DNA of 64,000 nucleotides from Rickettsia typhi (GTDB lineage Bacteria; Pseudomonadota; Alphaproteobacteria; Rickettsiales; UBA1997): NCBI GenBank assembly GCA_945862075.1, contig CAMAWV010000001.1, positions 2,721 to 66,720 of the forward strand, read 5' to 3'. Shown piece by piece: positions 59,401 to 64,000 of this stretch (position 1 is its first letter; each line of letters starts with the position of its first letter). The notes under the pieces were generated by a model. It saw only the letters and a program-made list of their open reading frames with translations, ran no database searches and was not told where the DNA came from. The position numbers and the translations under genes were made by a program.

Positions 59401-62400
59401 ATATCACTGTGGCAATTAAAAATGAAAAAAGCATTATCAATTATATCGAACTCATTCTTACCCCAATACTTGATTTACTTTATTCTAGCAAAAAAGATTG
59501 CTTAATACCGGTAGATGAAAAATCTTTACCACCGACTCCTCTAAGAAGTTGCGATCCACAAAGCTCAAATTGTCAATATAATATCACTCCTAAATATTGC
59601 GAAAAAAATAGCGGTCTCTGTAACGGAAAAAGCTATTCTAATAATCAAGAGAAAAATCCATCTTCCTCAACTGCATATTGCCCAATGGATATCGAAATCA
59701 CTAGAAATGCTGATAATATAATTACCAATAGCGAAATTAAAAATATTCACTCAGCATGTGAATGGCAATGCCGACCTGTCAAAACTGGCGAAATAGAAAG
59801 GATTTATGAAATTATTTTAAACAATAATAGTTTTTCTAATGCAGTGCGTATTTCTACTATTTTAATGGTGATGTTTTATGGAATCAGTTACTTAATGGGG
59901 GTGAGTAAATTAAATCAAGCAGAAATGATTAACCGAATGTTTAAAATTGGTGTGGTAGGTTTGTTTTTAGATCCGCAATCAGGCTGGATGTGGTTTAACA
60001 ATTTAATTATTCAACCTTTTAACGATGGAGCCGATTATTTATCATTTTTATTTGCCTCAGTTTTAGAACCAAATGATTTAACAGATTTAACAACAGCTCT
60101 AGAGAAGGGCGATTACAGTAATAGATCTTTATTATTTTCAACTTCTAACGATATTGTTAATTTATTTTTACAAGACGAAACTTGGAAAAAAATCGGAGCT
60201 TTATTCTTTTTTAACTTGTTTGGTCCATTGTATGCTGCTGGCATTTTTTATGTGATTTATATGTATGTTTTTGTGGTTGCAAATGTGTTATTGGTTTATG
60301 TAGTTGCAAAATTATTGATGGGAGTGTTGTTTTTAGTTGGACCTGTTTTTATTGCTTTTTTCTTATTTGAAAAAACTAAAGATTATTTTAATAAATGGAT
60401 AAAGAGTATTTTAAGCTATGCCTTTCAGCAATTTTTTGTGATTTTTACTTTAAACTTTTTTAATATGCTAATTTATTATCTAATAAAACTTGTTTTGGGT
60501 TTTAAAGTATGCTGGGACGAAGTATGGACAATAGACTTAGGCTTAATTACTTTTACCTTACTAGAATTCTGGACACCTTACAACAACCCTGCAACATCGC
60601 AAATAGGTAGAGATCCAAGTTTATATAGTTCTGCCCCAAGTTTTAGTGGCGTTTTATCTTTATACATTATTGTCCATATTATGAAAAATTTTATGCCACA
60701 AATAGCTCAACTTGCTAATATAATGGTAGATGGAGTGGCCTCCGCTACTAATGCGGCTGGCAACATCAGTGGGGCAATGAAATCGCTATTCCAATTAGCG
60801 AAAAAATCTTTTTTCAACTCTACTCTTGGTAAAGCTTTAGTAAGTGGAGCAAAATCAGTTGTCTATAAAGGCCTAGATAAAACTTTAGGTATTGGTCCTG
60901 AAGCCGAAAAGAGAAAAGAAAAAATTATGAAACATAGAAAAGATATGCTAGGAGATAGAGATCAAATATCTTCTAATACCAACAAAGCATTTGAAAAATT
61001 TAAAGAAGAAAATGCTGTTAAAATTGCTAATGGTGAAATTAGCAAAGAAAGTTTAAAAAACAAAAAACAAGATATTTTACAAGAACAAGCAAAAAAAATG
61101 CAATTAGAAAGAGGCTTAAAAATGATGAATATAAGTAAATCACAATACAATAAAACTCAAGGAATAGAAAAAATGCAACTCGAAAAGATAGCCATGAAAA
61201 AAGCAGAGAGAGAAGGTTTTAGCTCCGATAAATATTTAAACCAAAAAGGTATAACTTTAAAAGAGCTAAAGGCTCATTCTTCATTGGCCGGCATTGCCTT
61301 TACTGGCTTTAAAGAGGGTTCGCACAGGGGCGGAACTCTCTTTAAAAACTTACAAGAAAAGAACGACAATATGTCAAATCGAGATTATAAAGTTTCGCAG
61401 TTGCAATTTAACAGAAATTTGCAAAAACTTACTCCAGAAGACCAAAGACAAGCTAGAGCAAGTTCCAATGCGGCAAATATGAGAAGCAATACTATTTTTG
61501 AAGCTTCACAAGGCGTGCAAGATAGAGTTGGTAGATTTGCAACACAATTTGCAACACAAAATATTGCAAATCCAGCAAAAACAGTTGTTGGCAATCTTTT
61601 GGGTGGCGGAGTTGGCATGGTCGGTGGCGCGGTTGGCATGGTCGGTGGTATATTTGGCATAGTTTTGGGTGGTACTCGTGGTTATGCGTCTGGAAGATGG
61701 GGATTGTACAATAGCTCTGTGGCACTACTACAAAATTCTGGCAAGCATGTTGCAAGATCTACTGCTAATTTTGCTGTGGGCGGCATTGGTGGTGCTTTTA
61801 CTGGTGCTGTTGGTGGTGCTGTTGGTGCTGGTGCTGTTGGTGGTGCTGTTGGTGTAATTGGTGCGGTTCCTATGGTTTTTGTTGGTGCTCGTTCTGGGGT
61901 TAATATTGCTCAAAGATTTAATGAAGATTTACAAAATCTAAGAAATCCTTTCACGGGAGTTATAAATAATATTGAAGGAGAAGTAATACAAAATCAAAAC
62001 TCTATTAACACTGGTCTACGCAATGCCGCTGATGCCGCTGATAGTGTCAGAAATTCTTTTGATACTGATACTGTTGCCAATATTCGTGTTGGTGCTCTTT
62101 ATGGTGCTGCCGTTGGTGGTGTTGTTGGTGGTTTTGTTGGTGGTGTTGGTGGTTTATTGGCTTCAAATAGAACTGTCAGAGGAATAGCTTATGAAACATT
62201 GATATCTAGTGTTGGAGATCAACCACAAAGATTTGGTGGCGGTTTATTTGGTGCTGCATATTCAGTTGCCGCAGCTCCTCCAGTTGCAGGTGCGTTAAAA
62301 GGTGGTGCCGCAACTGTTGGCGGAATTGCTGGTTTAGTTTCTGGTACAGGCATGTTGGCTGGTGCTAGATCTTACTATCAACAAACAGATGATGCGTTAA

Positions 62401-62744
62401 GTAGAATAATAAGGTCAGATGATGCGGTAGGAAGAGAATATAAAGGCATGGGCGCAGAAACCATTCCTTCAGCAACTACACCAGAAAGCGCATCAGAAGA
62501 TGATGATATAGGGACACAACTCCGTAAAAATTATGATAGGGAAAAACAAGGAAAAGGACGTTTCGATAGCAGCGGAAGCGATTCTTCTTTATCAGATTCA
62601 GAGCCACCGTTACCGCCAGAGCTACCACCAGAGCCACCGTTACCGCCAGAGCTACCGCCAGAGCTACAGCCAGAGCTACCGTCACCGCCAGAAGAACCGC
62701 CACCGCCAATGCCACCACCGCCAGAGGCAGAGCGACAAGAATAA
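56493..62744 (+). CDS. virB6: Giant VirB6/TrbL-like type IV secretion lipoprotein/membrane protein (2083 aa) with a polyproline C-terminus
   Basis: The ATG lies 1 nt after the upstream stop. Lipobox FFMLCLISC. The N-domain is ~1100 aa and very Cys-rich. The polytopic core is about aa 1117-1409 (nt ~59841-60720), with ISTILMVMFYGISYLMGVSKLNQAE and GPVFIAFFLFEKTKDYFNKWIKS. A K/E-rich segment follows, then glycine-zipper segments (nt ~61590-62375), then the tail EPPLPPELPPEPPLPPELPPELQPELPSPPEEPPPPMPPPPEAERQE. Confidence 0.75.
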   Translation: MNFFKNNIKLLKKILAIFFMLCLISCKDQGCTEGDDFGEFTIQNLQFPPYAGGIKKRLDYNKTICNDYNKELLKLINVDLCNDGTMINCSSSTRGNDQNCTLNLGTTCNNDLVNLYTLQNKCYSTYAKKQTSDGGKSYVFATHDDENNPDFYLFPDADISVKIRGEITINRSSPNTAITIQKNSPSELLKVNQNEKIDVFLKNDVSNIYFDFYKAIPTVKGICDTDFLDLHIPNNQQDFYTMQENVNNDYHNATNGIQNKLKTIIVYNIPYVGETTFIAPDINTLESDNGKWIVNKNNEELKIDNASSTKKRKLGTGFVVATTELNGFGLQTMSSDEYLLARQDIVDYYKTSSPCSNFTYRGSYINNVVGSSLVGTRSVSSGVTFGANSILKAGSTASFLVLPTGSPPPSCTFNPMLSVTQDISGFVEFGFACLQNTSPCTQSSLPSTITVSIVSSEGDFEVFPSLSPAIEKQINIPGGKIFVKKGSTLLIHTTPSSSTTSTTIANLKTNGLYVKTTPRPAIYCSKQKFRIQKNTMCINSNPEFCIIDPQFCTSVQKGSTTATHKCECASNKFFQTQSWSPAFTKDSSSPAYKINLDQLKNDYCSDQTKLDECKACLIELQNSPGLSNTNNIQKTLYDTTKSENVCFDLEEIRNRISDATKIIDDIQIEPKKNDLDWIMEKILNTKIKILPYFSDNSYGVLPKPSLSNLKLPIPTTVTAHADVCNQSRQLQTTIKSKFNGKIELYIADNDEVTNTNYIPSTTEKFRITTNNQFTLRDGAGLKISLKNITNKSTGDTTRYDYNNSCDYLIGNSASSSPSCQDLYTLKNGNLMRNSIQYSINPLNVCIKNDSNLSYNPFAGAYQEIFCYKKTSSEEVKNMGLKFELDTTGDTKNIFVNNCYKSSGTITENCQITCPSPSSGSSTCNMCNAMKIVNPSFDSPTPNNNIGINSSDYYTCIGKEEISKAISGSYNITVAIKNEKSIINYIELILTPILDLLYSSKKDCLIPVDEKSLPPTPLRSCDPQSSNCQYNITPKYCEKNSGLCNGKSYSNNQEKNPSSSTAYCPMDIEITRNADNIITNSEIKNIHSACEWQCRPVKTGEIERIYEIILNNNSFSNAVRISTILMVMFYGISYLMGVSKLNQAEMINRMFKIGVVGLFLDPQSGWMWFNNLIIQPFNDGADYLSFLFASVLEPNDLTDLTTALEKGDYSNRSLLFSTSNDIVNLFLQDETWKKIGALFFFNLFGPLYAAGIFYVIYMYVFVVANVLLVYVVAKLLMGVLFLVGPVFIAFFLFEKTKDYFNKWIKSILSYAFQQFFVIFTLNFFNMLIYYLIKLVLGFKVCWDEVWTIDLGLITFTLLEFWTPYNNPATSQIGRDPSLYSSAPSFSGVLSLYIIVHIMKNFMPQIAQLANIMVDGVASATNAAGNISGAMKSLFQLAKKSFFNSTLGKALVSGAKSVVYKGLDKTLGIGPEAEKRKEKIMKHRKDMLGDRDQISSNTNKAFEKFKEENAVKIANGEISKESLKNKKQDILQEQAKKMQLERGLKMMNISKSQYNKTQGIEKMQLEKIAMKKAEREGFSSDKYLNQKGITLKELKAHSSLAGIAFTGFKEGSHRGGTLFKNLQEKNDNMSNRDYKVSQLQFNRNLQKLTPEDQRQARASSNAANMRSNTIFEASQGVQDRVGRFATQFATQNIANPAKTVVGNLLGGGVGMVGGAVGMVGGIFGIVLGGTRGYASGRWGLYNSSVALLQNSGKHVARSTANFAVGGIGGAFTGAVGGAVGAGAVGGAVGVIGAVPMVFVGARSGVNIAQRFNEDLQNLRNPFTGVINNIEGEVIQNQNSINTGLRNAADAADSVRNSFDTDTVANIRVGALYGAAVGGVVGGFVGGVGGLLASNRTVRGIAYETLISSVGDQPQRFGGGLFGAAYSVAAAPPVAGALKGGAATVGGIAGLVSGTGMLAGARSYYQQTDDALSRIIRSDDAVGREYKGMGAETIPSATTPESASEDDDIGTQLRKNYDREKQGKGRFDSSGSDSSLSDSEPPLPPELPPEPPLPPELPPELQPELPSPPEEPPPPMPPPPEAERQE
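61611..61853 (+). repeat. Short GC-rich in-frame duplications encoding glycine-zipper-like sequence
   Basis: 21 bp x2, gttggcatggtcggtggY (61611, 61632; VGMVGGx). 24-bp ggtgctgttggtggtgctgttggt x2 separated by gct (61803-61853; GAVGGAVG). Confidence 0.8.
62601..62727 (+). repeat. GC-rich 30-bp tandem repeat and degenerate derivatives encoding the polyproline tail
   Basis: gagccaccgttaccgccagagctaccRcca x2 (62601-62660). Then gagctacagcca, gagctaccgtca, ccgcca, gaagaaccgccaccgcca and atgccaccaccgcca. Confidence 0.88.
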
Positions 62745-62830
62745 TAATCTGATTAAAATTGCTTTACTTTTATTTTGATGTTAATTAAAATATCGTTTTT
62801 AAAACTATCACCAATTTTTTAAATACAGCT

Positions 62831-63892
62831 ATGATTAGCGAAAAAAACCAAATTATTGCTATTTTACAATTAATTCGCTCCGAAAAAATTGGAGCCATTA
62901 CTTTTTTTAAATTACTTAACAAATACAACAATCCACAAAATATTGTTGCAAATCTGCAAAGTAGTCAAAATAATTTTAATCTTATCCCTGTTCATCTTGC
63001 TCTTGAAGAATATCAAAAAACCATTGATAGTGGAGCGGAGTTTATTACATATTCCAATCCTCTTTATCCAGAATTATTACAACAAATACCAGATAAACCG
63101 CCATTAATCACGGTTTTAGGTAACATCGATTTACTAAAAAAACCCAAAATTAGTATTGTTGGCCCACGTAATGCTTCTTTTAATGGTGCAAACCACGCCA
63201 AACAATTTGCCAAAGCTTTAGGTAACAATGGCTTTGTCTGTGTTTCTGGTTTAGCAAAAGGGGTTGATACCGCAACTCATAAAGCATCTATCCTCTCTGG
63301 CACTATCGCTGTTTTACCTTCTGGCATTAATGTTATTTATCCTGTCGAAAATAAATCTTTGTATCACGAAATCATCAAGTATGGCTTGCTAATTTCAGAA
63401 TTTTCCTATAATTTTACTCCAAAATCTTATAGTTTTATTCAGAGAAATCGCATCATCTCTGGCATTTCGCTTGCCACTATAGTTGCCGAAGCAGGCATTG
63501 CTTCTGGTAGTTTGCTTACTGCCAGATTTGCTCTCGAACAAAACCGCGAAGTTTTTGCTGTGCCAGGCTCTATCTCTGATCCGCGATATTATGGCACTAA
63601 TCAACTTATCAAGCAAGGTGCTAATATTTTAACTTCTATCAACGATGTTTTAACCAGCTTCAGCATTTCCAACATTGCAAAAGAAGAACCGCTCACCAAA
63701 ACCGCAAGCTTTACCTACCCAAATAATGAACTAAAACAACAAATTTTAAATTATCTTAACTTCGATCCCATCAGCCTTGATGCTTTAGTAAAAGTTTTTA
63801 AAGTTCCTATCCAAAAATTTAATGTGGCAGTTTCCGAACTTGAAATGGCCGATAAAATCAAAATCGAATACAATAAAATCAGCAAGATATAA
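62831..63892 (+). CDS. dprA: DNA-processing protein DprA (Smf)
   Basis: ISIVGPRNASFNG, GLAKGVDTATHKA, the Rossmann-like DprA core SGSLLTARFALEQNREVFAVPG and a C-terminal winged-helix-like region. 353 aa. Confidence 0.88.
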   Translation: MISEKNQIIAILQLIRSEKIGAITFFKLLNKYNNPQNIVANLQSSQNNFNLIPVHLALEEYQKTIDSGAEFITYSNPLYPELLQQIPDKPPLITVLGNIDLLKKPKISIVGPRNASFNGANHAKQFAKALGNNGFVCVSGLAKGVDTATHKASILSGTIAVLPSGINVIYPVENKSLYHEIIKYGLLISEFSYNFTPKSYSFIQRNRIISGISLATIVAEAGIASGSLLTARFALEQNREVFAVPGSISDPRYYGTNQLIKQGANILTSINDVLTSFSISNIAKEEPLTKTASFTYPNNELKQQILNYLNFDPISLDALVKVFKVPIQKFNVAVSELEMADKIKIEYNKISKI

Positions 63893-64000
63893 TATTATTT
63901 TTCATATTTAAGCATTTATTTAAAGATGGCAAATGTGATTATTGCTAATAATATCAAGGCAGTTGTAGGTTTAAAGAATGTTGTTGCAAATATTTTTTTT

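Noticed and set aside
37018-62744. Alternative reading of the three giant proteins as autotransporter adhesins, RTX/repeat toxins or polymorphic toxins.
   Set aside because: There is no C-terminal beta-barrel-like segment, no GGxGxD nonapeptides, and no RHS/YD or recognisable toxin-tip motifs. Instead each has a central alpha-helical polytopic block with TrbL/VirB6-type motifs.
61385-62778. Cluster of short ORFs on both strands (61385-61660, 61492-61755, 61669-61857, 61728-61913, 62476-62718, 62533-62778) within giant gene 3.
   Set aside because: These are repeat-driven open frames in the Gly-zipper and polyproline regions. Their products are low-complexity and there is no independent evidence for them.
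63926-64000. Start of a plus-strand ORF (MANVIIANNIKAVVGLKNVVANIF...) at the right edge.
   Set aside because: Only 25 codons are visible. There is no recognisable motif, so it is too short to call.
1-64000. Search by eye for tRNA, rRNA, tmRNA, IS elements, integrases and prophage genes in the non-coding gaps (for example 17064-17341, 42409-42686, 43770-43943, 50887-51082).
   Set aside because: No GC-enriched cloverleaf-like segments, rRNA-like stretches, transposase motifs or terminal inverted repeats with target duplications were seen. A covariance-model scan (tRNAscan-SE, Infernal) would be needed to exclude small RNAs.

Overview
This is a 64-kb, visibly AT-rich, gene-dense bacterial chromosome segment. 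Its gene content looks like a host-associated alphaproteobacterium (Rickettsiales/Holosporales-like); that placement is inference from alpha-type SspB, pdhAB, pntB and multiple enlarged VirB6 paralogs. I support about 50 protein genes. By eye I found no rRNA, tRNA, CRISPR array, transposase or integrase. Most genes are housekeeping: dnaJ (partial), class II DAHP synthase, lysC, ilvE, queF, ppsR, murE, pyrF, plsY, sspB, ychF, mltA, miaA, pdhAB, pheA, pyrE, rpmB, efp, dapF, pstS, pntB, argH, spoT/relA, glmS and dprA. The accessory content is more interesting. (1) Type IV secretion parts are scattered among housekeeping genes. They are an orphan VirB2/TrbC-like pilin gene (35046-35408) and three giant VirB6/TrbL-like genes (37018-42024, 51083-56491, 56493-62744; 1668, 1802 and 2083 aa). 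All three share one architecture: export signal or lipobox, a large Cys-rich N-domain, a polytopic VirB6-like core, GC-rich Gly-rich in-frame tandem repeats, and a long charged, coiled-coil-like or polyproline tail. No virB3/B4/B8-B11/D4 gene lies in the window. (2) A four-gene carbamoyltransferase cassette resembles sxtI/sxtJ/sxtK plus an SGNH hydrolase (731-4153). (3) A lipoprotein cluster combines LPP20-like and CsgG-like proteins with a frameshifted member (14588-18391). (4) A small eukaryote-like (CC-type) LRR protein is a candidate effector (10025-10666). One curiosity: the Gly/Ser repeat DNA of the first giant gene is close to the reverse complement of the polyproline repeat DNA at the 3' end of the third. 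All functional calls rest on motif recognition in the supplied translations; no database search was run.
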